From contig LWCA01000078.1 of NCBI GenBank assembly GCA_001642005.1, positions 1 through 58,927 of the forward strand: a stretch of 58,927 nucleotides of DNA. Direction: 5' to 3'. Position 1 is the first letter of the stretch. The number at the start of each line of letters is the position of its first letter. The DNA comes from Intoshia linei (lineage: Eukaryota > Animalia > Orthonectida). The translations under genes and the position numbers were made by a program. Shown one piece after another: positions 1 to 13,583 of this stretch. The notes beneath the pieces were generated by a model. That model saw only the letters and a program-made list of their open reading frames with translations, searched no databases and was not told the origin of the DNA.

Positions 1-702
1 TCATAAATTATATATATTTTTTTAAATCCCAAAAATAATTGAAAATAAAAATTATTTGTAATAATATACTTAGTTCCTTATGTATTTACGTCCTTTTGTT
101 AGTCTTTGTATTTTTAAGATTGTATATTAAATATCCATTTTGGGTCAAGTAGAATTTTAACAATTTTTCTTTTTAGCTTAGCGGTACTAACTGTGAAGTA
201 TGTTGGAACCGCTGTTATAGTACAATAGAATATACTATAGTATTTATAAATATTTGTTTTTAAAAAATTTCTTTCGTCGGATAATATATTCTTCAACAAC
301 GAAAACGGATCTTTTAACACTTGATGATGAGGTTTGACTGTTCAATAACTCAGCATAAGTTTTAGATAATTTGATTTCACACAGTATAATTGAAAATTGT
401 TAATTTATATTATCGTTTTAGGTATATTCGTTAAGAGAATAAACATTTTTTCACATTATGACTTTAATAATATTATTATAACAATTATGTCAGAAATATG
501 ACATTTATGACTTGTTAAAAATCGATATACTCCATTAAATGTGTTTATTAGAGTTCCATCTTACATTTCTAACATTTTTTTATTATTAAAAAAAATAATT
601 ATTTTTGACATTGTTCGCCTTAGTAATTAGTTATGAAAAAAATATGATAATTGAATTATCAATTATAATTTAACTTTTTTTGTAATGATAAATATTTTTT
701 AG

Positions 703-866
703 GAACATGGAGCTTTAATTCTGAACAAAATGGCATTGTCATGTTGAGAAGTTTGCTTTGGCTAGGATTTGTATTCTACCATGTACCGAATTCTACTAAT
801 TTTGGATCAATTTATATTGGAACTGGAGAAAAGAACATTGATTTACCATTCATGTTGTGTCATTAA
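703..866 (+). CDS. RSPH9: Last exon of radial spoke head protein 9
   Basis: After a ttttag acceptor (701-702) the exon reads TWSFNSEQNGIVMLRSLLWLGFVFYHVPNSTNFGSIYIGTGEKNIDLPFMLCH*. This matches the recalled RSPH9 C-terminus (LRSLLW-G--FYH-P...Y-GTGEKN-DLPFML). Upstream exons were not found in the window. Confidence 0.93.
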
Positions 867-920
867 AAGATAATTAAAAAATTATATTTAAATTTAATTC
901 GTCCGTAATATACATTTATA

Positions 921-1783
921 TTATTTAGTATAATCGTAATATCTCAAATATTTTTTCTCTGATTGTAACGAAACAGTTCGATATCCTGTATAATTTTTAT
1001 TTGCTTTGGTTTCACTAATTGCAGGGTGTAAAATACATTCATCACCACTCTAAATAATTTCATAACATTGAATTCTACGAAATTTTACCTTCCAATCTAC
1101 TGGAGTGGCTAATTTACTATTATGTGTGAGTTGCAGGGAGTCAATGGTTCGTAAAATTTCACTAAAAAAGGAAATTTATAAATAACCATTCACATTACTC
1201 AAAATTTCTTCCCGTCGTAGCTGGATACAAGATTGATAATTTTAAACTTTTGTCTGGTCCAAAAATAAAAGCCTAATAATAATTTATATTATACAATTTA
1301 CATTCAAATGAAATGAATTACTGCTCTGCACGTCAACGGCATTCCGTTCTTGCTTTTTTCGACGGGATCCAACATGCCTAATTTTGTAGCAATGTGTCGT
1401 GATTCATCGGCAATTATGTGATACGCTAATTCACCCTTGTTGTCGCTTACACATTGAATATCCTTGAAAATTTAATAAATTTTATGCAAAGTTATACTTT
1501 AATCCATTCTTTATGCTTTTCGACAGAGTCAATAGACAATGCCAAAACTTTAACTTTTTTTTCGAAAAATTTGTGACTTAAATCATGTAATCTGGCCAAT
1601 TCTGTTGTACAAACTGGAGTAAAATCTGCAGGGTGCGAAAATATAGCAAACCATCTGATAAATTTTAGAATTAGATGTAATGTTTAAAATTGAAAAATAC
1701 CCATTTTCTACATGGTCATATAATTTGTAGTCTCCTCCCGTTGTTTTTAAATCGAAATTTTCAATTTTATCCCCCAAAATCAT
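921..1783 (-). CDS. PRDX6: 1-Cys peroxiredoxin (peroxiredoxin-6), 6 exons
   Basis: Spliced translation MILGDKIENF...FSHPADFTPVCTTELAR...ALSIDSV...GMPLTCRA...LYPATTGRNFDEILRTIDSLQL...ATPVDWK...KYLRYYDYTK*. Has the PVCTTE 1-Cys motif and five GT-AG introns of about 35-50 nt. Confidence 0.96.
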
Positions 1784-1869
1784 TTTATATTTTTAAATAA
1801 CACTTTGTAAATTTCAAATATCAGAAATTAAAATTCAGAAATACATAATGTATTATTTACTCAGTTTAT

Positions 1870-1923
1870 TGACTCTGCGTGTAATTAAGTATGACATTAC
1901 AGTGAATTGTCATGTATGACTCA
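1870..1923. promoter_or_regulatory. ARE-like TGACnnnGC and AP-1-like TGACTCA in the divergent PRDX6/INTS5 promoter
   Basis: TGACTCTGC at 1870-1878 and TGACTCA at 1917-1923, about 90-140 nt upstream of the PRDX6 ATG. Confidence 0.35.
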
Positions 1924-2306
1924 AATGTGTACTTGAATATATAGTTACCTCAAATTAATTTTAATGTAGTTGATTATAATCTCATTAGTTGACGTTGAAT
2001 AGGCTTACAATGTAAGGCTTACATACTAACTGTAACATAGTTTGTAACAGTCTTAAGAAAATAAATACTGACATCTGTAAATGTAAACACAATTTAAATC
2101 AAATATATAGATTTAAGATGGTTCCATTAAATTTACATGAATCGCATTTTCAAATAAGGAATTGTGAAGTGGTTTGATGCAAGTTACATTCGCCTGATGT
2201 CATTAGGTGAAAAGGTAAAAACAAAAATTTAAGAACAAAGTATACAAAATATAATACAAAATAATACATAAAATACAATAAATTAAAATTTATATTAAAA
2301 TTATCT

Positions 2307-5300
2307 ATGTCTGACGAAAACTTGACAAATTTACATAAAATTGATAAATTTATAAAAATATGCGCAATAAAAGATTATAAGGATTACAACGATCATTTAC
2401 CGTTACTTAAAGAACTTTTAAAAGAATGTGTCATATTGAGACCTTTAATTTTTAAATGGATAGCAAATTTATTTCATCATTTATCTAAAAAACACCATAC
2501 AGGTAAAACTTTACACAATTATTATTTTTTTTATAAATGTTATCAATTTTCATATTTATCACCCGTGCTGAATGAACATCCGATAGTTCGAAATTTTTAA
2601 TACGTTGAACCAGATTTTTTGAATTACTGTATTGTCGCATTTAACGCACCATATGTTTAAATTAAACTTTCATTTGGATTTTGCAAATTTAAACCTAATT
2701 TAATTTTAATTGTGAAACGTTTAATTATATGGAAATGTATAATAATTATACTTAAATTGAAACGGATTTTGTGACGGGGATAAACGAAACCGGTCGTATC
2801 CAATACATGGTCCGACTTTATGCAATTTTTGAACAATGATGAATACATTCAGATAAAACAACTCTTCAAAATCATAGAAAATTATAATTATTTCTAAACA
2901 TTTTTGATCGAAATAGTCTTTCGATTTTTCTGTATTTTTAAAATCGTACTATAAAAACTGGTTTTTTAGGTTAATTCATTTTTTTTATAAAAAAACTGTG
3001 TTAAAATGGTCTTTTAAAAAAATTTCATATATTCACTAAATGTGATGGGACGTATTTACCATATCAGTTAAAATTATATGTGTAATTTTATATTCTTTTA
3101 TCTGCTAAGTATTGGAGTTCTGCGACAGGATCTCAAGTTTTTTTGTTCGGATCGTCTTTGGACCGCGTTACAGAATTCTGCTATGTATGATTACAAATTT
3201 TAAATTTTTCTCATTTTACGGATTCTGTTACGGATCAGGTGGGGAACATTCATTTGAGCGATCTATTGTTCGAGCTAGATAATCATCCATTTTGTTAATT
3301 AATCATAATATTCATTTTTTGACAATAATTTTGTGGTTTCTTCAAGGTTTCTTAAGACACAATAACCAAATTTTTGTAGGGCTTTTAAGGGAATTTTTCC
3401 TACTATTTTTTAAAGATTTTGAATATAATTTCGGTACCCAAATTTTGTAGAGTTTTGAAGGGAATATTTTTAACGTTTTATGAGATATTAAAAATCTTTA
3501 AAAATTGGGTGAAAAAAAAATGTTCCCTTAAAAACCCTACCAAACCTTGGGACCAAAGTTATCTTCAAAATCATTAAAAAATGGTAAAAAACAATTCCCT
3601 TAAAATCCTTCCAAAATTTTGCTTCCAAAATTAAGTCAAGTATTTATTCGTATTATTTACATAAATTAGTTTCGCTTACTATGACTGAACAGTATATGAG
3701 AATTTCCTCAAATATATCTTTTTCCAATTTTGCAGAAAATGGTAGTTTAATTATTATTTAGATGAATTGACCCATATTGGTTCTGAAATATTGGAAATTG
3801 TAAATCAAATGAATTTATCTGAAAATATGATGATTGTATTTTTTATTCTTATTTATTTTGTATGATTATTTTGATAAAATGGGTATTTGAAAAAAACTCT
3901 TTAGTTAAAAAATCATTACTTATATAATATGCTTTGCAATATATGTTTTTGGTATAATAAAAATGTGCCCTCGGCAGAGCTAGGTGTCGTAATAGTGTTT
4001 TCGTTTGACCCTTATTTTTAATATATTGCTTCCCTGAAACCTAAATTTTTTTAACGCTGTCTTAGTTGTCTACTACAGTGTTTCCCATATACCGCTTGGC
4101 GGACAAGTACAGGTCCGTGAAAATTTTTTACTAATTAGAACTTGTAATTTAAAAGTTAATTTATTACGTTTTTTATAAAATTTTGTATAATGTTGCCTAG
4201 TAATTTTGCTTTAATGGTCCACCTTTTAATTTATGAAAAAAGTGTGGGAACCCCAGTCTACTACGTACTACTACATATAAGTAGTTAGAAAATATACAAT
4301 GCCAATTTATTTCAAATTTTACGCTAGTCAGTATTCAAAATGTTACTCATATTAAACGAAAATGACAATAATATTACAGTGTCCGACATAAGTCTTAGGC
4401 ACCTCCATTGTAATTAATTTAAACACTTCTGATTCATGATTTAAGACATTCTCTTATATCATATCTAGTGTATGATCAAGAACAAATATTTAACAACCAT
4501 AAAAAAGTAAAAACTATAAAAATTTTTTAATAATTAATGAAATATAGGTATTTTTAATTAAAATTGCAAAATTCCGAGCGACATAAGTCTTAGGCACCTA
4601 TAAAATAATACAATTAATTATGTTAATTAAATGAAAATATTAGATAAATATATATAAAATTACTAATATTTAGTATTCCATCCTTTATTTTGTATAACTG
4701 ATACAATTTTTCTGGGCAATGAGGCATAAAAACCTTGAATAGTGTCTAGAGGTACACGGTCCCATTCTTCCTGTATAAATCTCCACAGTTCTTCTAAATT
4801 GGTTGGATGTAGTTTATAAACTTTATCTTTCAAAATTTTCCACATAGGTTCAATAATATTTAGATCTGGGCTTTGCGCGGGCTAATCTTGTAATGTTTTT
4901 ATACGATTTACCCTGATAAATCGGCGGGTTGTCTTTGCTATGTGGCACGGTGCTCCATCTTGCTACACCTTCACTCCATGGAAAAAGTTTTTATCATTTG
5001 CTTTTTTAAGAATTCTCTGGTATTTTTGAGCGTATACTCCTTCTTTACATTTAATTAATATTTTTTTTATCTGCCCTAATACCTCCCCAAATCATAATTG
5101 ATTTGCTATGTTTTATGCTTCTACGTGTGTATCTTGACAAAAACTTTGTTTTTTTGGGTCTTCGTACATATACTCTGCTTTTTGAAAACAATTCAAATCT
5201 ACTTTCATCAGTAAAGGCTACATTTTGCCATTGGTTCGTCCATGCCACTTTTGCTTTACACTATTTTAAACGGTTTGATCTGTGAATTTTTTTCAGAAAC

Positions 5301-8300
5301 GGTTTTCGACTTGCAATTCTTCCATATAATCCAAATCTATATAATACACGTTTCACCGTCTTCAAACTTGGATTTTTGGAATTATTCAAGTGTTGTTTGA
5401 TGTCCAAAGCTGTCAAGAATGGGTTTTTAATTGATTCCCTTTTTATAATAGCCTCTTCCCTAAATGTTAGCATGCGTTTTCTACTTGATCCTGGCACGTC
5501 AGTTATGCCTAACCCCTTTTTATATTATTTAATTATATTTTGAACCGCACATCGAGACATTATTAAGATTTTATTTATAAAAACCTGAATTTTTTCTTCC
5601 TTGAATAAGGACACAACATTGCATCTTTTTTTGTCACTTATGCGCGTCATTTACTAAAAAAATAATAATATTTAATTTATAGATCATTACATTTTAGTTT
5701 TTATTGAAATTTAATTAAATTTACTTGAAATTATGAAGGTGCCAAAGACTTCTGTCGTCAATATTTTTATTATCGTAAACAAAAGTGAGTGAGAGAGTAA
5801 CTTTTAATGACTAGTTTATGAAATCAGTATGGTTATATGTTTGATAGATGATGATTTAATTTTAAGTTAAATCTAAGAATTATTAACTTTATAATAGATT
5901 TTGATCAGAATGTGTAGGGTGATTAAGACTTATGTTGCGCACTGTAGAGTTAACTCACTGAATAAATCTGTATTATAATTTGTCTTGTAATTCTACGAAT
6001 GTTATTTTTTAAATGAACGAAAATACAGACATGCAACTTTAACTAAAATAAGTAAGGGTAAATTTGATAATTATAATAAAAATTAATAACAAACATTACA
6101 TTTTTATCATAATTGTAAAATCATCGTGATTGATGCATAAATAATACAAAACATTTCACGGACTCTTAGGGTCCGTGGACCCCAGTTTAAGAAACAATGA
6201 TATAAATAATCGTTTAATAGTTTCTATAAAATCATTTCTTAAATATACCCTTTAATCAAATAAAATATATTTTAGGAACTAATAAAATTTTACCACGAAA
6301 TAATGCGTGAGGTAGATGTTAAATCTGGAAAACTTGAAAAAAAAATATTGTTACTAACCGATTTATCTTGCTTACTTAATTTCGGAATGAAATTGATGAA
6401 ATCATTTTGTAAAATGGTGGATAACTGTGATTTTAACCATTCCGAAGAAGAAAAAAATGAATACGATTCAAATATTTACATTAGACATATGGAATACCAT
6501 TTTATGGATAATTTAATTTCCCAAAAATACCTAAATCACTATAATACATATACCGTATATTTTTTGGAACCATACTACGCCAAACTATTGGGCTACCGAA
6601 TTTTTGAAAATGTGTTACGTAAAAATTGGATTCAATTAGATTATTCAACTAGTTTGCATCGTTTTGATGTATATATAGATTTTATAAATATGGTTGTTCA
6701 TTTATTCTATATATACCCAACTGAATTTTATGAAATTATTTCTTATTTTTTTAAGGTTTGATTTATATTTGTTTGATATTATTTGTATTTTAGAATTCAA
6801 AGTTAAAATCAGATTTAGTGTTTCTTTTAGCTTTAATTTCCAGTAAATACGAGAAATTTAATATAGAATTACTAAAATACCTGCTACTCCAATGCAATAT
6901 TAACGATTTCATTAGTAAACCATTATGTTCCGTTTTGGATAGTTTATATGTCACGTATAAGGATAGATTTGTAAATTTAATTTCTTTGTTGATTAAAAGA
7001 AATAACGAACAAAACTGTGCCATTTTAAAATTGCTTGTAAATTCTGCTAAACAAGAAAGGTTTATTGCTGTTATTCTCAAAGCTATTTTTTCTGAAACGT
7101 TTGAGGAATTTGTTTCAAGTTCTGATGATTCGTATAGCACATCAAATATGTCTTGGATTCATAATTTAACTATCGATGAAATTTTTTTATTATATTTTGA
7201 ATCTAGAGGTGATTGGTAAAATTATATTTTTTTATAATTACATGCAATTTAGTCGACAACAATTTAAAGATATATTATTGTTTTATTGTCAATTGAAGGG
7301 TTCTTTGACTAGTCAATCTATTGGAACAAAATTAGTTTTAACCAATCCAGAAGTTTTTGATAAAAATGACTTGATTGATATTTTATTTTCCTTTTTGCAT
7401 GAAAATTTGGATATTAAAAATATTTTTCTTATCCCAATTGAGAAGTTTAATAGTGATATTCAAAGTGTCAATAAAAATTGCCAAATTTTGCGAAATACTC
7501 AGATTACTCATTTATGTATCAATATGCATAATATTTATAAAAGTTCTGGTGACATTTTGAGGTAAATTTATTTAATTTATAATATTATAAGTTTACGTGC
7601 TCTTTTTATCCAAATTAAGTGTGGTAGCGCAGTATAATCGTTTAATTTAGAGATATAATGATAGATTTGCTACGGGAGAATTATTTTTTGTTTGAAAAAT
7701 CATTTGTTTTTGTAAATGTATCAGAAAGGGAATGGATTTACGACGTTCGTATACTATCAAAATGTAACATTTATAGCATGGAAAATAGATTTAAAATTGT
7801 AAACCTCTATGAATGTCTACTAATTGAATTATTTACCAACCAACAACAAAGTATTTTATTTTAAAATACAGAATTTATTAATTTATGAAATATCTATATT
7901 TTACACCGTTATTAATATTATAACCGGGATGGACAAGTGTTAATTTAGGAAAAATACATATTTTTTAAAATTAATCAACAACAGTGTATAGTAGATTTAT
8001 TTTTATAACGGTTAAATGTTACCTATGCTTAATGTACACAAATTTTAGAACAATGTTCTACTCTTTTACCCTATATATACGACGGAATGCAAATGTTATC
8101 CAAAAATAAATCTACATTCCTGTATAAATATGGAATTACTCAATTATTAAATTTGGTAATGGAAAAGGTTAGTTTTTTTTAATTATTTTTATGGTATATT
8201 TTTGTGTTACATGTATCAAGATAATAATCATTATATTTTTAGGAAAATCGTTTCATTTTCATTGACAATATCAAAACAATTCCCAAGAAAATTACCGGAA

Positions 8301-10913
8301 ATAGTGCTTTTCGTAAAATTAGTTTGGTAAGTTATTGTATAGTGATTGTGTTCTGTAAAAATACAGGCAAATGTAATTTCCTGGAATTTTTCGAAAATAA
8401 TTAATGAACAAATTAAAAAATAAATAATATTTAACATTTAGATAAAATATGAATTTAAAAGTGATAAAGAAGTGTGTAAGGTTTGAAAAAAATGAATTTT
8501 TAGTATGGGTTCTTAGTATCGATTAGTACCATATGACTAGGATTTATCAATCGCATTAATCGAGCGCTATCTGTATTGGATTAAACTTTTTATACATGGA
8601 TACTATATGATTAAATTTTTTTTGTATTGCCCAGTTTTTAACTTTTGAAATTTTCCGGGAAATCACAATCATTTGTATTCCGAACAGTTATTTTTCAATT
8701 TATATAAACTATTCTAATCGAAGCACTGAGATTTCGAATTTTTTCAATGTAGTATATATTCTGTCAGAGGTTATATGAAATTTATTATAATTTAACCTTT
8801 AAAACAGGGTCGCACAACCTGCTGCTGTGGACAATCCATGTGATCATAATGCATTATATCATTTTACTTCAAATTGAAAAGTTAAAATCAGATTTTTTCA
8901 AGGGAAATTTAAAATGTTTTAATCAAAAAGTTACATTTTATATAAACCTATGCATAATTGGCAACTTTTTAGCACTATGCGTGAGTTAAAATTTGTAATT
9001 TTTTAACATTTCTATAATTTTCAACTACTGCATAACACTACTGTTATGTTGAATCCCATGTTCTCACTGAACATTTTAATTTTTTTAATTTAGTTATTGC
9101 TAACGTATTTAGACGTTTAAACCGAGAAAAATTGGTATAATAATACATTATTTTTCAAAATGTAAAACACCCTAATGTATGTTACTTTATGATATAAATA
9201 ATGATTTTCCCATTAAAATATCATGGATACATGTAGTAATATTAGTTAATAATAACAAAAAAAATTATAATAATTAAGATGTTATTTCATTTTATATGAG
9301 AAAATATGAAAATCAAAGAATATTATGTGTTTTTCTTTAGAAAATAAAAGTTGCGTGCGAAACTTTATTCGTGATAAAATTTTTTTTTTGTATTACGTGT
9401 TCTTGATTGAACTTTAACAAATTGTAACATAAAGTTGTTACCATTGACAATATTTTTAAAATATTAAACATCCCAAATATCCATGACCAAATTTCCTAAT
9501 CTTCGAAAAATTGATTTCCCAGGATTGAGAACCACTGAACTATTAATTTAAGTCATTGAAATATAAAATTTAAGGTGTCGAGATTTAATCAAGTTGGTTG
9601 TTTGAATAACACTATTATTTTTTATAATTTTTAAGTGTAAATTAGGAAAACAATTGTTGATAGTTATAAATTTTATTATTGTGTGGCCCAATTATGTTAT
9701 ATCGGCTTATATATTTATTATAATATTTATACTAGAAAAGTATTTCACCCTGTCAAATTATCATTGATTGTATTTTCTTATTATGTTCAACCGATTCAAA
9801 TGAATTGCAAAATGATTCTAGTGAAGACTTAATTGCTGGAACTATCTATGACTTGAATGAAAAATGTCTCTGTGGTTTAGCAAAAGAAATTAACAATGTC
9901 TGCATGAAATCATGTTTATATCAAAATATAATATGGCCAAATATTGAATTTATTAAAGTTTCATTGGATAGGTATATTTAAGTTATTAAATAAGGCACAT
10001 TGTGGCATCCATTTATAATGCTTCAAAAATTACTTAAATTACCAGAAAGGGGGCTAGTTCAAATGTGTTTTTTTAATTACATTGCGACCATTTCCCTTTC
10101 CTTCTCTTAAATATATCTCGGTTACCATTATTACTTATTTTCTTGAAATATTCGTCTAAAATTTAAATTTAATATCACATAATCAGAAGCCATGCTCGAC
10201 ATTAGACTAATGATTATGATTCATGTTTAATTTTATTTATTTTAGCGATTTATTGGTAATGGCCTTATTTAAGGAAATTCCTTTACTATGGGATATCATT
10301 ATATTGGTTTCAATGAGTAATTGTGTTTTAACATATCAGTATTTATATTTCAGAACCTAAATCTTTCATAAAAATGTCGCCAATCATTCGATCGCTCATG
10401 TCTATTTTCATAAATGAATGGGGCAACTGTACAATTAACAATTTCATGGACTCTAGTCTATATCAAAATTCAAAAAAATTATTGTATACTGTAGAATTGG
10501 TTCTAATTATTCTGCCGATTTATATTAAATTTAGTCTAATTTAATTGAATATCCTTGGATGACAGTTTTAAATGAATTGTTTAATGGTGTTACTACTACC
10601 CAAGAAATTTTAATAATTATTTGTCTAGTGTGGAAACATTTTGAGGTATTTAAATTAATTTATATTAATTAATTATTTTACTGATTTTATTTAACATTAA
10701 TTAATTGTATTTACATAATGCCAAAATAATTCTTAAATTAGAACTTAAAATTGTGCATGCAATATACACCGACATCGACTGAAGGTAATTTAATTTTGAT
10801 TTTAAATTAAATAATTTTTAGTTAATAATGTTTTTAAAAAAACCGTTGACCATATAATTTACTCAAATGTTACGAAATTTACTTATATTTATACAAAGTA
10901 TGATTTAGCTTAA
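2307..10913 (+). CDS. INTS5: Integrator complex subunit 5, highly divergent, about 16 exons
   Basis: Exons at about 2307-2502, 3762-3835, 6276-6755, 6794-7216, 7253-7561, ..., 9737-9971, 10246-10315, 10354-10499, 10535-10645, 10742-10784 and 10822-10913 splice in frame. The C-terminal part IIWPNIEFIKVSLDSDLLVMALFKEIPLLWDIIILVS..PKSFIKMSPIIRSLMSIFINEW...QEILIIICLVWKHF follows recalled INTS5 (WPEE...T-ERDL...F---PLL-ELL-LVA..P---S-LLR-L-------W...EV-L-LL-VW-F). Middle exon boundaries are approximate. Confidence 0.8.
4076..4255. mobile_element. hAT (Charlie/Buster-like) MITE
   Basis: 8-bp TSD GTCTACTA at 4068-4075 and 4256-4263; ends cagtgtttccca / tgggaacccca. Confidence 0.7.
4377..5944 (-). 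mobile_element. Degenerate Tc1-like transposon with IR/DR ends, in INTS5 intron 2
   Basis: TA target sites at 4375-4376 and 5945-5946. Ends cagtgtccgacataagtcttaggcacc / ggtgattaagacttatgttgcgcactg, with inner repeats at about 4579 and 5738. The disrupted transposase (4663-5650) retains FTDESRF, QDGAPCH, PAQSPDLNIIE and the typical EEW...SLPRKI-SVI-NKG tail. Confidence 0.95.
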
Positions 10914-11138
10914 TATGTTTATATAAATTTTAATTTTATTTATTTACATTTTAATATTTGTTTAATTACTTTTTAAATGTGACGTTTGTGTAACCTTGAA
11001 TTAAATTTTTGACCTGTTAGACTTGATAAAATTATAATCGGAGGATAAAAATTTTTTGACAAACTGCTGTTCTCAGCTGCAAATATGTAATATTTTATTA
11101 TAAATGTATTAACAATCTTAAATATATTCATTTTACTT

Positions 11139-11640
11139 TCAGTCGTTCCAGCAAATAATGTTCTCGTCTAATTGTGATTATAATTTTTAATTTTTTTAAA
11201 AATACCATCATTTTCGCTATCGGTATCATTTTCATCATGTTCATAATATTCTGTAAATATAATATTTAGTTGTTATTCATAACTGAGTCTCAAACAAAAA
11301 ATTTTAAGTCTAGCGAAAAATATATTTATTACACTTTTGAAATTATTATTTTATATTTTTAAACTTATTTCTCCAGTGATTATCAATAAGTATTGTTCAA
11401 TTACAGAATTAGTGAAGGTTATCTTCAACAATATAGTTTTTAATTATTAAAAAAATATCATTTCTCAAATTTTAACAGAGTTCAATGAACTTATGCCTTA
11501 CGACTTAAAATACTTATACCTGACTACCCTTGGATAACACTGGTTAACTAAAACTAATTGTTGTAAATTTAACCTTTATAAATTATTAAATTACCTGTTG
11601 ATATATCGCACAAGGATCTGTATAAAAATAGAGGTTTCAT
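11139..11640 (-). CDS. Spliced acidic micropeptide, copy 1 (about 39 aa): MKPLFLYRSLCDISTEYYEHDENDTDSENDDENIICWND*
   Basis: Exons 11640-11595, 11250-11206 and 11167-11139 with phase-1 GT-AG introns; in-frame stop upstream of the ATG. Paralog at 15404-15704 differs mostly at synonymous sites. A further candidate exon at 11547-11520 would shift the frame. Confidence 0.65.
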
Positions 11641-12749
11641 TATGATTTTCAAAATTTATTTAATAATTTAAACAAACGCACATTGTATAGTTTCAAAATG
11701 AGTTAAAAGGATATTGTGTACACGACTGGAGGAAATAATAGTTAATATTTGTATAGATTCTACTGGAATCTTAGATATTTTTATGTTCTTTTATTATTTC
11801 TATCTCTATTATTTATTATCTGACACGTGTTTGTCTATTTGTTCGGATGCATACGATCTATCTAACTTGTTTTGGCCAGTTCTATTCATCCAATTTTTAA
11901 CTTCTAGTATATTTCGGTTTCACATCCAATGATTATATATAAATCATTCAAAATTTTCAAAAATAATCGAATGGTTTATATAGGGCGTATAACCAAAAAA
12001 ATAGAAATACTTAAATCCAACCATTTTTAATAAAAAACTTATTGGAAAAATCCACTTTTACCAACATGCGATTCTAAAACACGCTCTCTTTTTATTTTGT
12101 ATATTGAATTAGATTGCCTTTTTTCATGTATATTTTGTCACAACCGACTAGTTATTCGAACACGGTTCAAAGCATAAACATTAAAACTTCAGCAATAAAT
12201 ACATTTAACTAAGTTTGTCAAATTTCGTCAGCACCATATGAAGACGATCTTCGAACCATGTTACAGAACTGTCCCAAGTTTGAATATTTTTCTAATTGGT
12301 TGTCAAACTTTTTTTAACAGTCCCCTCTTCACTAGTCACAGATTTATTAACTCTCACCTTCGCAATAAATTACCGCTGTCACCCACTGTAAGAAACCCTG
12401 GTTTAATTATTGGAAGGTCAATTATATTTAGTTGAAAGGTTGATAACTAATAATATGTAATATGTTATCAAAACGGAATGGTTTGAAGGCATTTCAAAAA
12501 ATTAAAAATCGTTTTCTAGTAGAATAATTTACAAAATTGTAAATGTTACAATTTCGTGAAAACTAAATCATGCGTGTTATATTCTTCATATGCAGTAGTT
12601 GGAAAATATAGAAATTCTAACAAATTGAAAATGTTACCACACGAATAGTTTTAAAAGATTATAATAAGGATTAATTTGCAATCAATTTTAAAATTCTATT
12701 AATTAAATTATATGCCTTAATAAAAAAATTATCTAGGACAATCTTATGT

Positions 12750-13110
12750 AGTGGTTATCAGAAGTGAGAGAGGCACCAAGGGTTTTTGGTAATTTTCAAG
12801 AAAATCGAAAAAATTTCAGAAGGAAATCAATCATATTTCAATTTAGATAAGCAAATATTACTGATTAAAATTCTTTTATATTCGACAAAGATTTCTACAT
12901 TAGAGATGTTAATTAAAAAATGATATTTTTGGAGAAGACTCATTGATTCAAAAATATGGTTAAAATCATTGTTATACCAGGCTGTGTGGAATCATTGAAT
13001 AGTAATAACATTTACATTTTGATCCAATTTAACCTTGAAACGGTACATTCTATTTCAAAAGAAGTCAATAGACTTTATTGGATTTTTTATACACGCCTTA
13101 AAGCATGAAT
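12750..13110 (+). mobile_element. Possible very degenerate Merlin/ISXO2-like transposase remnant
   Basis: Broken fragments ERGTK, STLEMLIKK*, WNH and FDP occur in the order expected for Merlin-type transposases; many stops and frameshifts. Confidence 0.3.
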
Positions 13111-13583
13111 GTTATACTTTCATAAATAAAAATCATTCAACAGCGGCCTGTAACTACATTTAAGAATGAACACGATCTCTTAAAATCTCTAATGTGAACT
13201 TTACATCGTTTTGTAGAAATCTAATGTTTATTCGTTACTATTTGTATGATATTTGAAAATATGATTTAAAAAACCAACTCCACTCTTGATTTAATATATT
13301 TAATGTTACAAAAATTATAATTACATGATAGTACATACATGTATAAAATAAAATTATATTTGAAATAGGTAAGATAACAGTTGTTCGAATTGATAAACAT
13401 TTAAGATTATAACCGGAGATTGAAAATTTGAATCAATAATAAATCAACTACAATAGTATATCACTTCTTTATTTATATTTTAATTATTTTAAGCAGACTA
13501 TTTCCACTTTATACTCTAAAGAGCTTGATATAAAAATTTTATTGACTTATGTAAAAAATTAAATCGTATCATCTTATAATATT

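Noticed and set aside
114-575. Minus-strand ORF fragment (68 aa) upstream of the RSPH9 exon
   Set aside because: No intact frame or convincing motif; probably decayed transposon sequence inside an RSPH9 intron.
2188-2220. Hairpin ttcgcctgatg/cattaggtgaa followed by AAG|GTAAAA, considered as an SL RNA
   Set aside because: No Sm-binding site or further stems downstream; a single short palindrome.
6790-7140. 116-aa minus-strand ORF and other antisense ORFs (20529, 25644, 32042, 32336, 36633, 48814)
   Set aside because: Shadows of real plus-strand exons.
10970-11620. Alternative reading frame through the micropeptide exons (DPCAIYQQNIMNMM...)
   Set aside because: It is open, but the paralog differences are mostly non-synonymous in that frame and synonymous in the MKP frame.
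12100-12435. Higher-complexity stretch with a 65-aa ORF
   Set aside because: No splice context or recognisable motif; possibly a retroelement relic that I cannot assign.
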